Assembly (NCBI GenBank): GCA_030704615.1
Contig: CM060731.1
Span: 66,650,001-66,714,000, forward strand
DNA: 64,000 bases
Origin: Takakia lepidozioides
Lineage: Eukaryota > Plantae > Bryophyta
Reading direction: 5' to 3'
Part shown: positions 25,982 through 38,541 of the stretch, one piece after another
Layout of the letters: each line of letters starts with the position of its first letter
Position numbering within the stretch: the first letter of the stretch is position 1
The notes under the pieces: generated by a model
Seen by the model: the letters and a program-made list of their open reading frames with translations, nothing else
What the model was told of the DNA's origin: nothing
The model's database searches: none
Program-made: the position numbers and the translations under genes

Positions 25982-28900
25982 CAGGGCCTACAAATGAATA
26001 GATCGAAGTTCTATGGATGCCGGCAAATTGTCTCGGCCCAGAGAGAAAGTCAGAGAGATTTTACCGGGCTTCCATGCAAGGCTTTAGCAGTCCTGATTCA
26101 ATATGTGACCACTGATGGTCATGCAACGATGATTGGACCGCTGTGAACTTCCGCCGAACTTTTCGTTTGCTAGACGAGCTGGAGAGGACCTCCACCTTCA
26201 TAAGCTTAACATTACTGCGTCCCTCTTTTAACTTTCTATCCATCGCAGACCTATGTAAGAGCTCACAAAAAACTGAACCCACATTGCTGTTATGCACAAC
26301 GACGGAAATTGTGAGGTTACACTCATCCTCAGGGGAGGAGAACAAAGAGTGAACCAGCGAGCTACAGCAGGGAGTTGTGAAGCGAAAATTGTGTAGTTGG
26401 GCAAAGTCAGTGCTCGCTAAGTTAAAATGGGAGCTGCGAGCTGTGGGTGCAGTGTGCCAAACTGAGAGAAGGATGTCTACACTGATGGCCCCTGAGCACG
26501 TTGGCTACGAGGCAACCCAAAGGAGAGAAAGAGCAGCGTCTGACCCAGAAAAATTCACGCGAGGATTATCAAGCACTGCCCAGTCCTAAAAATAATACTG
26601 AGCTCTCATATGTAGGCCGAGAAAGGCCAAGATGTGCCCGAGTAACAGTCAGATGTCCTCTGAGAATCTTCAAGCCCATAAAGCAGCACAGTCTAGTAAA
26701 AACCCGCGCAGCCTGCACAACTAAGATAACCAGTAAATGATAACAGGAGAATTGAAGATAAGAAGACTCGGCAGGTGGAGAGAAACAACTAGGCCTGCCT
26801 AATACCCGTGAACTGTGATAACTGTAATAAGTTTACGAACCGGAAGCAGCACCTTTCAAGTGATGCCGCTGGAATGCAGATCCACTATGAGACTCAAGCT
26901 TGCCTCTGAGACCTCTACATCAGAAGATTAGTCACGCGCAAGGACGGCGTGCAGTGCAATGCGACGAAGGTAGGTTCTCCTAACGCATCAGTACACAGCG
27001 AAAGTAGCCACACCACGCTGCAATGGAGCTGGGGAGAGGGAAAGAAGGAGGAGACAGATGGGGGGAGAGGACAGTGACGCGCAGTGTAATAATGGCGGCG
27101 CTAACACGTAAAGACTCCACCATGTTCTCTTCAATACTCCCCAATACACTCTTTAGCTCGTTTAGCCCTACACTTTGGATATATTTATAATTTGTCTCGC
27201 TGGTGCAGTGCCAATTGGGTACTTTATACACTTGGAGTTCCTCTCAAGCATAAATCACCCGGCCCCAACTGACAGACCTCTTTAATGAGGTAGGTCTGTC
27301 TGTTTATTGTGGGATGCAGCACATGTTCACATTTTGCTGCACCGCTATTTTCATGGCCGACCCAGTTCATGAAAGTTTGCAACTGTTGATGACGCAGAGT
27401 GTTGTCCCTCTTGCTCTCAACAAAACAAAACAAAAAGACAGACGAGATCTGAATGCTGCGTGTGTCATGCATCCCTTTAGGCGCCGTTGAATACCGCCGG
27501 TCCTGAAGGTACAATGTACCATCTTCATCATTGGGATCTCATCATCAAATGCGTAAAGTGAGTTGACAAGTGAATGCTTCTAGTTCTCTACATAACACCA
27601 GCGTTTCTTTTATACTATTTGCATTGTGACGCGAGCGGCATCCATGGGAACATAAGTGAAGCATGTGTGGCTATGGTAGAAAATGCAGATTCGAAATAAG
27701 TGGTGATTGTAAGAGATGTTTAATGAGTGTTAGGCGAATGAATCCAAAACATAGTAGACACGGTAAGGCGAACAATCTAAAATTGACATAGTGTGGTAAA
27801 GGCTACCCATATGAAACCAAATAGACAAACAAAATAGGCCTGATTTGTAAGCTGTCGCTCCCATGTGTTTCCCTTTTATTTGGAAAAACAACCAAAAAAA
27901 AAGCCACATTACCGTACGTTGCTATCAGATTCGACAGCACAGTGCCGAAATAATTATTTTTTGGAGACTCAGTCCATTCCGCACCGCATATCTTATACTC
28001 CAGGTTTCGACAGTTTAGGATTGAAACTTTTTGCCACCTGCGATACAAGCTTGCAATATGAGCTCCGCATCTTTAGAGGCTGTAGGCGCCCTCTGTATTC
28101 TGTCCTTTAATAAAAAATTTGAGATTTTCCCAATTCTCTTATTTTTGGACTAGCTGAGTATGTAATATTTTTAGACATCACTTGAGTTAATTCAAAAATT
28201 TCAACAACCCAAAATATAATGAATTTCTGACAGCAACGTAGGGTATTCATTTTTATTCACTTTATCTTTTTTTTCCCTTCAATAATCTTTTAATAAAGTT
28301 TCATCCAGGGCCTCTGTTCTGTTAAAAAAAAACAATTGTTTTTTATCTCCCTCAAAAACTGTTCTTGAGGTAATTATCTTTTAAAAAAAGAACATAATAT
28401 TTTTGAAAATGGATATTACCTCAACAAGCTCTAGGTCACCAAAACTTGAGATTTGACCACAAGATCTTATGCCAATCAAAGCACCACAAGAAATATTGTA
28501 AACCTGATTACAAAGTATATATGCCAAGTAGTACAGTATATTATATACAAGGAACATTGTTGGTTCCATACCCTCCCACCACATGAACTTTTGGCGAAAA
28601 CCATCTATTTTCAACCTTATTTTCCTTAACCTCATTCGCCAGGGGCCGTTCAAAGTCGCAATTTGGCGATAAATCGCCAGTAAAAGAATGGCTGCACAAC
28701 ACTGTGTAACCCATTGGTGGAAGCACCCCCATACATTGCTAGGTCCTAGTTCCTTTTTGAGCTGCTACTAGGATAAAATTGCTATGATGTGTGAGACCTT
28801 CATACCTTCAATCCCACTTTTTTCAAAATAAAAAATAAAAAATAAAACTAATGGGCATATCTACCCACTACTGGTTCACTTAGAGCTGTTTTTATAACTT

Positions 28901-31700
28901 TCAGAAACACAAATAATCTGGAGCCCAGTTATTTCTATGGGACTCTGACCAACTTACCGGTAGATAGTGATCAACAAGTCAGTTGGACCAATACATAGAT
29001 AGCCTTTGTGGGGGGAACAGCACTGTTAGTCTGTTTCTATAGAGCATTCATAGTTTTGACTTACACTGCCCACATGCCAAAGATGATTTATTTAGCATCT
29101 AGATTGTAGGGATGCCAGTGCTCTTTTCGATTCGGAATGTGTTTGAGTAAGTACATGGGAATAACAAGAAGCTGCAAGCGAACCACCCCACCACGGGTGG
29201 GCATTAATAAGCGAGTAACCCCAGATGCACTACATGGTAGAAGTAGGTGGAGATTTAATAAGCAGTGGACTATTGTCACAGCATTAGTGGACCTACTCCA
29301 TTCAATGCTGTATACCAGTTTATTTAATATGCTGGAATCTACACCATGATCCATCCCGCTCTCTCTCTATGTATCCGGGCTGCACCCATTGTAAGTACAC
29401 TAAAGAAAACTTCATAGAAATGAAATGGATACAATGAAACGACGGAGCGTTTGATCATACGCAATCGCTCCTGCCGTGGTTGTAAACATGAGATCCATGT
29501 GTGAAGCATCAATCATTTCATTCAATCAATCAAAAGATTATAACTCTCAGCTCTTATTTACTCCTTTCTCAGCTCAGATGGGTTACAGGGTGCTACAGCT
29601 TCGGATGTTTTCTCAAACGCATTGCAGAGTCAAAGACCGCATTTAGATGGGCACCAACCATACTGACAGGATCGGATGGTGAAGAGTGCCTCGGGGACCC
29701 CCTTTTATATATTTTTGGACCAATCTTATTATCGGGTTTCCTACTAAGATCCTAATTGATGTTCTGTTTATTCTATTTTCAAATAGAGTTAATAGGACTT
29801 CGCATATAAATGTACACTTTATTTATAGCAGAGTTCATGGTTGGAATGAATCTCTACCTCCCAATGCAAAGAACCACAAATCCATTCACAAGGCACCATG
29901 TTTGACAGACAGAGGATCAAACTACAGGGATACTTCAGCTAATTTTGTTTCCCTGTGAATAATGTGTTGCAGAGGTTTTTGGCAAGTCTAGAATACCAAA
30001 CAAAATTATTTAGAAAAACTGTTGTTTTGTTTTATTTTGTATTGTTTTGAGTATTTAGATTAGGAACGAGAGGTGTACACTCCAGTCCAGTACTCAGATT
30101 GAGAGATGATGCCCCAAAAAGTCTACAATGATATGACCAGTAAATGCAGTATGCATACTGTTGATGAGCATCTGATGGATGTGACTCATATTCGGAATAA
30201 GAGTTTGGTGGTCCCACAGGGCCCAGATTTTGCTTGAGAATAGATTCAATATCGGAGGCTGGTAGAGTGAGAGGGAAGGTGCTTGGTCACACTGTGTACC
30301 GGGATGATCCAAGCAAACTCCTTTGGAAAAGGTGGTGCCAAAATTCAAAGGAGGAGCAACCATCTGACATTATGAATGTGTGCAAGTGCTGTGTGTAGGT
30401 GGAAGCAGCGCCTAACTAATAGTATGGAAAAGGTCCTGACGTAGGTAGTAAGTAGCACGATGACGGCTAGGTGGAGCGTTGGCACCGTTTGTGGCTATTT
30501 TGCACGTGCTTCAAGTAAGCAGTTCTCGGTGATTCCAGCATCTCTTGAGGACCGAGGATAAAAGTTAGCAACTATTCCTAGGTGCTAGGTAATCTTTGCA
30601 TGAATAGAACGCAAATGAGCAGAGATCAACAGTCAAGTGTGCAAATCCTCCCAATAGATTGACGCACAGAATAGAGACCAAATGTCTTGAACCTTGGAAA
30701 TGTAAGCATTTCTCAATAAGCCCATCTAGGAATAAGTTATATATTTCGAGTTGTTTGTTCGCAATCCACGCGGGTTTAGATTCACGACCAGACCACCCGC
30801 CTTTTGATGTAAGGCCGGATTGGGTAAGGTAGGACTGAATCTAGACATCCCACCACAACGAGTAAGAACTGGGTTGCATATTTAATTAGTTGACACAATT
30901 TGAGCAAAGCGCGTGAAGTTGAACCCATTTAGCGAGCAAAGCTGTGATTTGTGCCTCAGGATCTAAACAACCCACAGTGACACTTCTTCTTTTTCAAGCA
31001 CCGTACTGGCTGCAAGCATTCAAAGCTTTTCGCTTACATTTGCATTTGCTTTTCACTTGCATTTCCTTCTTCCTTGGAAGAAGAAGGAAATTTCTAATCA
31101 GAGCCTTGACTACTTGGGGACCAGGCTAAAGCCAAAAACCAAATACCGAGAGGCCAACAGTACATACTTGGTTTGCTTGCAATTAAAGCTCTACCGGCCA
31201 GCGACAGTCGTACTGTACCCCCAGCCCGAGTTAAGTATGGGAACAAATCGCTGCCTCTATGAGAGACCACGAGATCCACAAGAGATCACCGCCCCAAGGC
31301 TGACTTTGAACACAATCCCTAGCATCTCCTTCTGGACGATTCACCTAAAAACCTGATGCATCACAAGAATTAGAAAGACGAGGACGCATCATTCCTCCAT
31401 TATTCAAGATCGTACAAACTGTGTCCTAACTGACCCCCACCAGTAGAGGGGAAGTTTGAGGCCAACTATGTCAACCTGACCGCCAGGGCAATCAACAGCA
31501 GGCAGAAACAAGAACAGGGCCAGCGGAGGACTGACCTCTGGACGACAAAAAGCACACGAGAAATGGACACTCCAGCGAGATGCAGAGAAAGATGCAGAGA
31601 AAGATGCAGAAGCTTTTAACGCCTAAAATGACGTCCTAACCGACTCTTTTTCTTTTTTAACATATATGACCCGACTCAGGATAAGCTGACAGACTTTGAC

Positions 31701-31775
31701 CAGTCGGTAGCTCAGTTGGATAGGGTATTGAGTGTCACCCAGATGATTGTGAGTTCAAATCCTTCTACCTAACCG
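31701..31775 (+). mobile_element. tRNA-derived SINE-like head
   Basis: GGTAGCTCAGTTGG ... GAGTTCAAATCC. Homologous to the head of the 34327-34540 element. Confidence 0.5.
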
Positions 31776-33150
31776 TTTTTGTGTCCGTTAGTTCGCAGAA
31801 TGTTTGTTGAGTACATAGTCCTATAATGTTAGTAAATTATCCGTTGGACGCAAAACAAACTACCTATACCTCTAGTCCATTATGTATGATCCTTCTAGAA
31901 AGCTCTAGAAGGACGGCCCCGCCCCACCGCCTCAGCAAAAGTGCTTCTGTGCTTTCCTCCCAACACATGGCCTCATAAATCAGCCATTCCTACACCCCTG
32001 CCCTGGGGACACCCCTGTTGACTGCTCCTTTGGTCTCCGTTTTACTGACCTCGGGAAAACTCCTTTTGCAGAATAGGAGGGTTACACATTGACAGCAAGG
32101 ATAAGACCAATCCAAGCTCCAAAAAATCAGTTTAAGCATGTGTAAAGTGGTGTTGGGCGTTCTCCGAAGGCAGTAACCCTTGGGGGAGGGGGGGGGGGTT
32201 TTGAGACACCATAATCTACGCTTCCTTGAGGAGGCGTCAAATATTATATTATTTTTTAATTTCTTCATAACCTCCAGATCCGGTTTTTACAAATTCTTAG
32301 GATCAAAAAACCTCCAGTTCCAGTTTTTTCATATATTCTTTATGGAAAGAACCACCGGTTCCAGTTAATTGTAGAACCTCAAAGAACTTGCGGTTTTCAC
32401 CAGGGGGTCTTTGGCAGATCTTTGACTGTTTTCAGGCTGGTTATCTCAAAGCTCCACAACGGGCAGTTATGAGCCTTTGCCAGTTCTTTGTTTTTTTGAG
32501 AACCACGGTTATATATCCATATAACCTTCTCCATAACTTTCGGGGGTTTGTAGCTGAGTCAAAGAACCTCCCAACACTGCTACAACCTCTCATTAAGGAA
32601 AAACTTTGAAATGGTTATCGATTTCTTGAAATTTGACTGCATATAAAATGGATCTTGACATTTGACTACCTATAAAACTTGGTCTTGAAATTTGATTACC
32701 TATAAATGGACTAAGAGGAGTTACAAAAGACACTATCTAGGCTGCAATCACCTTACCAATAGGCTACTCACCACTACTAGAACACATTTTCCATTCTAAT
32801 GTATTTAATAGTGAGTCCGCCGGGGTAAGAGGGGGTGGGGAGGATTTGACAAGGGGCTCATCAGAGGAGCCCATAAGGCCCATCCGTCGAACCGCCCGCA
32901 CGCATAAGTTCTTACATTATTCCTATTGTTTTCCATTTCAGGGTACTCTCCCACCAATTTTTCAGAACGACCTCCGCCCGAAGCAACAACAAAATATAAC
33001 GGCAATGTGCTCTCTTGCTTCATTAGAGGAAGGTGAGAGTCAGGGGCATAACTCAGCACAACACACCAATCAGAGCCTTGACACGGTGTAAGGTACTTTG
33101 ACCACATTTTCTCTGGTGACCTGAACATGTTGCGTAGTCTCACTCTTGAG

Positions 33151-33304
33151 CAGGTAGCCCAGTGGTTGGATGTTTGTGCCTTGCCTGTGCATAACCTGGG
33201 TGATCCTGGGTTCAATCCTTCAACATGTGCCTTCATACCGTCCATTGGGCCCTCGATGGCCTCTGTGTTGAGCAGTAGGCTCCGTAAATTCACTGGACGT
33301 TAAA
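33151..33304 (+). mobile_element. tRNA-derived SINE-like dispersed repeat (copy of 21778-21927)
   Basis: CAGGTAGCCCAGTGGTTGG..GGGTTCAATCCTTCAACATGT..AAATTCACTGGACGTTAAA shared with 21778-21927. Confidence 0.6.
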
Positions 33305-34042
33305 ATAATTTTATCTTTATCTTATCTCTACAAGACAGCCAATAATATAAACCAAACCAACTACCTTGCTTAGAATATAGATATTTGTAGGTGACAGTTT
33401 CTGGCTGCCCAAAACGAAAAAATTGGGTAGGTGATCTGAACGGGCCTTTTATGCCAAGTAAGAAGACCTGAAAAGCGGCAGAAACTGCAACCTATCAATA
33501 TTTATGTTAGTATGGGGGCACATTTGATGTATAACCAGTAGTCGTGTCTATGAATAATGAACCGCAAACTCGAATTATGAATTGTGGAATTGTGGATTGT
33601 AACTGAAACCCCAGTTGGATCTCCCGACTTGTTGGAAATTTGAGAACATACAATGTACGGTCTTCCAAATTTCAATCTTGTGGGCAACACAAGTTGTGTG
33701 TATGACTATGCGGCATGGATAAATCATTCACGTCGCACTCATCTTTAATATTCACTAACAATCATTGGGAACGCCCACCTTTGGTATCTTGCAATTATAC
33801 AGCTTCTTTTTGTCCATTGTTTTTGGAAGGAAGTGACTAAACGATGCTTGTGGAACAACACTAACCCCCTTTCAGACTGCGGGACGCGAGCCAAGAAATT
33901 CCCATACTTCCAGTCCACCCGTAGTGTTTTCATCTTTTGATTTCATATGTAATTTTTATAAAGGCAGAGATAGTAGCTTGCCTTCTTTTTCTTTTTCTTT
34001 TTCTTGTGGGACAGAATAGTTTTTTCTTCCAAAATCGTCAGA

Positions 34043-34930
34043 GGGGCCACATATAAATTCTGCCCAAGGACCATGATGTGGCAAGAATAACGAGGTGGCA
34101 GGGCTAGAAAAGTGGATATATGACAGGTGGCATGTTATATAATGGGTCCATGATGGCAAAAAATCAGGCTCCTGATATTCAGCCAGAAGCACGTTTTTGG
34201 CGAATTTCCGGATCCAAGTACCTACTTGTCCAAGTAGCTGACCCATTTTCCAGGTCGAAATCTGACGTTGTTTTGCCAGAAAGAAATCAATGAGACCAAT
34301 GGGACAAAGGCCCTGAAAACTAAGTTTTTTTATTTTTTTTATTTTTTTTAATAAAGGGAAACACCTGGGAGCGACAGCTCTGGCACAAATCAGGCCCCTT
34401 TGTAGTGAGAGGAGAAACTAACCTCGTTCATTTATGCGCCATGGAGGCGAATGAGTACACCTGTCAGTAGCAAGATTTGACCCCAGAATCATCCGGGTGG
34501 CACCAGTGCAATTAACCATCTGAGCTACTGACTGTTGATTTAAGTTATGTCTCCATGGCTACTTTATGGAAAGTTTCTTTTCCAGCATGGTTCTATTAAG
34601 GGTTTCTGTCCCTTGTTATCAGTAAATAAGGAAGATTACTGGAGGGAAAAACAAAATTAAAAACCCTCTCACAGCACTCACAAACTCCCTTGCAATGTTT
34701 TGTTTTCCGTTTCCCAAAAACGCCAGAGGGACCACATGTGAATTCTACCGAGCGTCCATGTGGCAGGAATAATGAGGTGACTGGGTTAGAAAAGTGGCTA
34801 TTTAACAGGTGGCACGTTTTAATGGGTCCAAAATGGTAATTCGACTCCTAATATTCAACTACTGCCATTTTTTGCGATTTTTTCGGATTTTACCCCCCAA
34901 ATTCCTCTGTAGAAATAGCTGAGTTATTTT
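34043..34930. repeat. Two diverged copies of a ~200-bp repeat (34043-34260 and 34728-34930)
   Basis: Shared GGG.CCACAT..AATTCT..ATGTGGCA.GAATAA.GAGGTG..GGG.TAGAAAAGTGG..ACAGGTGGCA..AATGGGTCCA. Confidence 0.65.
34327..34540 (-). mobile_element. tRNA-derived SINE with A-rich tail
   Basis: Minus strand reads AGTAGCTCAGATGG (A box) .. GGGTCAAATC (B box). Poly-T tract on the plus strand at 34325-34349. Candidate TSD TAAGTT at 34321-34326 and 34541-34546. Confidence 0.65.
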
Positions 34931-37900
34931 ACATGGAAAAATTGGATAATTTTTTGCAAACAAAAAAAAACACTGCTCACTGAGCCAGCCAAGAGCAACC
35001 TAAGAACCAAAGGAGAGAAAACAATTAGTGGCTCAAAAACCAGACCTATAAGGGCTACTTCTATGGGCACTCCCAAACGCTCCCAAAGCAACCGCGCCCC
35101 AAAGATGGAAGTGAGATTCCTTGGGAACATGTGGGGGTGGTTCATGGAGACCTTTCCATTTGCCTCCCTTAAATCATGACACCAATTGCCATATAGGCCC
35201 ATGGCACAATAAAAAATAATTATTCTAGCTTTTGAATGAAATTGTCAAAATTAATTCCCTTTCCTAACATCTCTCTTACTTTGAATGAAAAGCAATGGCA
35301 TTCTATAAGGGTGCGCGCCCTACTTAAGACAAAAAACAAACTGCATGGCAAGACGCAACATGGACAGTTCCATGTCAAAATCAAGGGGTGTCATGGTACT
35401 AGGAATAGAGATCTTGGTGCAGTGTTTTTTTTAAGGAATTTGGAAAACAGCACAAGTGGCTACAGAGTTTTGCAGGAAATAGCCATTTATTCTGTTCATC
35501 CACTGTAATTCATCCACCTATGTACCATCATCCATATATATCATCCATATTTGGTGAATTCATCCACAATTTATTTTTTATTTGGAGAAATTTGGCGATT
35601 TCATCCATGAAAAAACAGTGGATTTGCGACAGAATATTCGATTTGTTTTTTTAAGGTCGAAATCTGGCGATTATTCGCCACTAAAAGAATGGTTGTCTTG
35701 GTGACCATGAGTTGTGCCCTCATCTTAGTGCACATTGCAAGACATGGCATCAAACAATAACCAATAGCCCTAAGTCTGATTAAGAATGCATTTGTGATCC
35801 ACATGCACAAGAGTGTCCCCAACCACGCTGGTTGCTGCCCAAGTCTAGAAGGTGGGGATTCGGCTCTACAAAGCTACGCTCTCTCATATGTAGCAGAGTC
35901 CTAATGATGCCACTCGAAACTCAAGTGTCTCATGGAAAACGATTACCTTGCTTGCAAACCGAGTCTTCAGAGATCTTTCAACTTTATGGGGGGACGGCCC
36001 AACATCTGTATATCATGCCTTCTCCTACTCATGTCTGACTTTCCCTTTTTTTTCGGTCCAAGTGATTGTTTCTGCAATGATGCTTGGCCCAACTTCAAGA
36101 TGAGATGCGGCAAACCAGCTCCCACTTTCACCTCGTTTGTCGCATACTAGCATACTTTAGAGAAGACATGTCCAAATCAAGTACCTGCAAAAGGGGGACG
36201 CTCAAACTCAGACCTGCACAACTTACTACAGGTGTCTTACACCTGACTGTCAGGATGAAAAAGTCTCGTCTAAGAAAGTATCGATTTTAACAAAAGATGG
36301 CCTTTTACAAACTCAAGAAGATGTACCTAAAGTGCAAGAAAAAGTTTAAAACATGATTCAAGGTGGCGCCTGAAGGTACCTCAGAAAGGGGGTTGATTTT
36401 CCCCTCAAAACCTTCAAGCTGTAGCCGCTTAGGCTTCCTTCAAAAAACCTTGTTGTCATTGAAGGAGTAAATATCCTATGGTCTTCATGGTCACAACCAT
36501 TCATGCTTCAGTCACAACTTCTTTTTTTCTAATAGTTGTCTTGTTGCTCATTTGGCATTCAAGATTGCAAAAAGTAACTTATACAGGGCTGTGCCCCTTT
36601 CTCAGCCTCCGTGGCCTGTCATGAGAGGTTATTTTTCCCCCTTTAATATATATCTCAGGCCTTTAAATATAAATATAAATATCCAAAGTGTGAAACATGA
36701 GACCATGCAAACCATGTACAAATACTCTATATCTCTACCCGTACTTGTAATCTTTATGACACATTTTCACAACACTGCTAGGGTGGCAAATGCACAATTT
36801 GGGGCAAATTCACATGCTGAGTCTACACTAGTCACGAGGATCTTGTATATATGAAGCAAGGTAGTTTGTTTGTTTGTTTGTTTTGTCACGTTCAGATGGC
36901 CCGAACCGCGGGCCCAGCCCTGGTGCTTGGTACCGTTGGAAAGCCCTCGATCAGGAGGGGTGCACCGACTTCGTCTCATATTTTTTGGACCTGCGGTGTG
37001 GGAGATATGGAATTTCAAGTACTTTTGGTCGCTGGAAATTCGCGAAAAATAGCAAAGTGGGCTTTCCTGGGACAATGATTGGAGCCTGGGCAATACTCCG
37101 CGTCAGCTTAGGCTGTATTTTGGTTGATCAACTAGAGGCATCAAAAAGTAAAGATTGCCTGTTGGATTTCCATATTTCCACCATGTACATTCAGGAGAGG
37201 GGGGGATCCTAGTTGGATGTCTTGCTTTACAATGCCTAGCTTTTGGGTCAAATTAGCCAGATAAGAAACAACAAGTGGTCAAGAAGGCATGCGCGTGAAG
37301 TGGTCCTGATGACTTGGTGCGAGACTTCTAGAGGACCTTTAGCCACGTCCAGGTGCTTCATCATAGGCTGCAAAGATAATGTAGTATACTGTAGTGGGAT
37401 AGCCCGTTAGGCAGCAATTAATTCGAAAAAAAAGTGCCTAATCAAAATAAATTATTTTTGACAAGAGTGCCTAATTGGAGTGGAATTCAGGTTTTTATAC
37501 CACAGGCACTTTTAAAGAAATTTTTGAAAATTAGGCACTCTTTGAAAATAACTAGGAGAAATAGAGTGCTTGTGAGTATATTGTGCTTTCTATTAACTAA
37601 TTGATTCATGTTTGCTGTTTTATTTTTGGGGGCCTTGCCTTTGCAGAGCCCACTATTTATTAATTTAGCAGGTAGTAAGAGGGGGGCCTCCCTTATATAC
37701 CCTCTAAGGGCGGTGGGACCCTTCTAGAAGCCCGCCTACCTAGAAGGCCTTGGACACATGTCAACCTTACAAGACTCCCTATTCTAAATTTGGCCAATTC
37801 CTCCCTTCTTTTTTTGGACCTCATCTCATTCCTTAATACACATGGCCTTCCTACATAAGCGCCCCACTATAATTCCTGGGCCACACTAATTCCTGGACCA

Positions 37901-38541
37901 CTCTAGATTCAGGGCCCAATGAAACTGCTCTACATATTCAAAAAATTCTCTAAAAGTGCCTATGGAAAAAACTTGAATTTCATTTTTTTAAAGTAAAATA
38001 GAAAATAAATCTTAAAATGTATATTCGTTTAAACGTCATCCATGAACTTAGTTTTCAATTTTCATTCATGACAGCGGCTGAGTTTTCATTTTAAACGTCA
38101 TCCATAGACTCAGTTTTCAGTTTTCATCCACGGCAGCAACTGTATATTTAGATTTTTGTGGTTACATTTTGTGATCATTATTTTTAATTTGAAAAATTAC
38201 ACATCCAAGATGCCTAATTTACAAAAATTTCTCAAAAGTGCCTAACTGCCAAATGGCCCCAAAAATAATTATTAGGCAGGCAAGTGCCTTACCAGCTATC
38301 GATGTGCAGGGCACATTCCTCTTGAGGAGAAAGAGCGCTCTGTGTGGGCTTGATTCGGAATGAGGGAACTAAAGACTCACTAGCAAGGTAATTGGAGCAA
38401 GTGGCCAGGGGGTGTATCCAACTTCATCTCACCTCTTGACTGAGGGTCCTGAGCTGTGCAAGGGATCACTAATTACACTTTGCATCCACCATCACATTCC
38501 TTTCACACAGGCCCTAATTAGGGTGATAGATCTCTTCAGTC

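Noticed and set aside
31701-31775. Functional tRNA genes (also 21778, 33151, 34470, 10255)
   Set aside because: A/B boxes are present, but I could not fold a convincing cloverleaf or anticodon arm. They recur as diverged dispersed repeats.
32148-32579. Further hAT-like MITEs (also 42718-43450)
   Set aside because: CAGTGTTGG-like ends are present, but no matching 8-bp TSD was found, so boundaries are unsupported.
36845-37135. Possible Helitron-like non-autonomous element with a (GTTT)n tract
   Set aside because: No clear 5' TC or 3' hairpin-CTRR terminus, and only one copy in the window.
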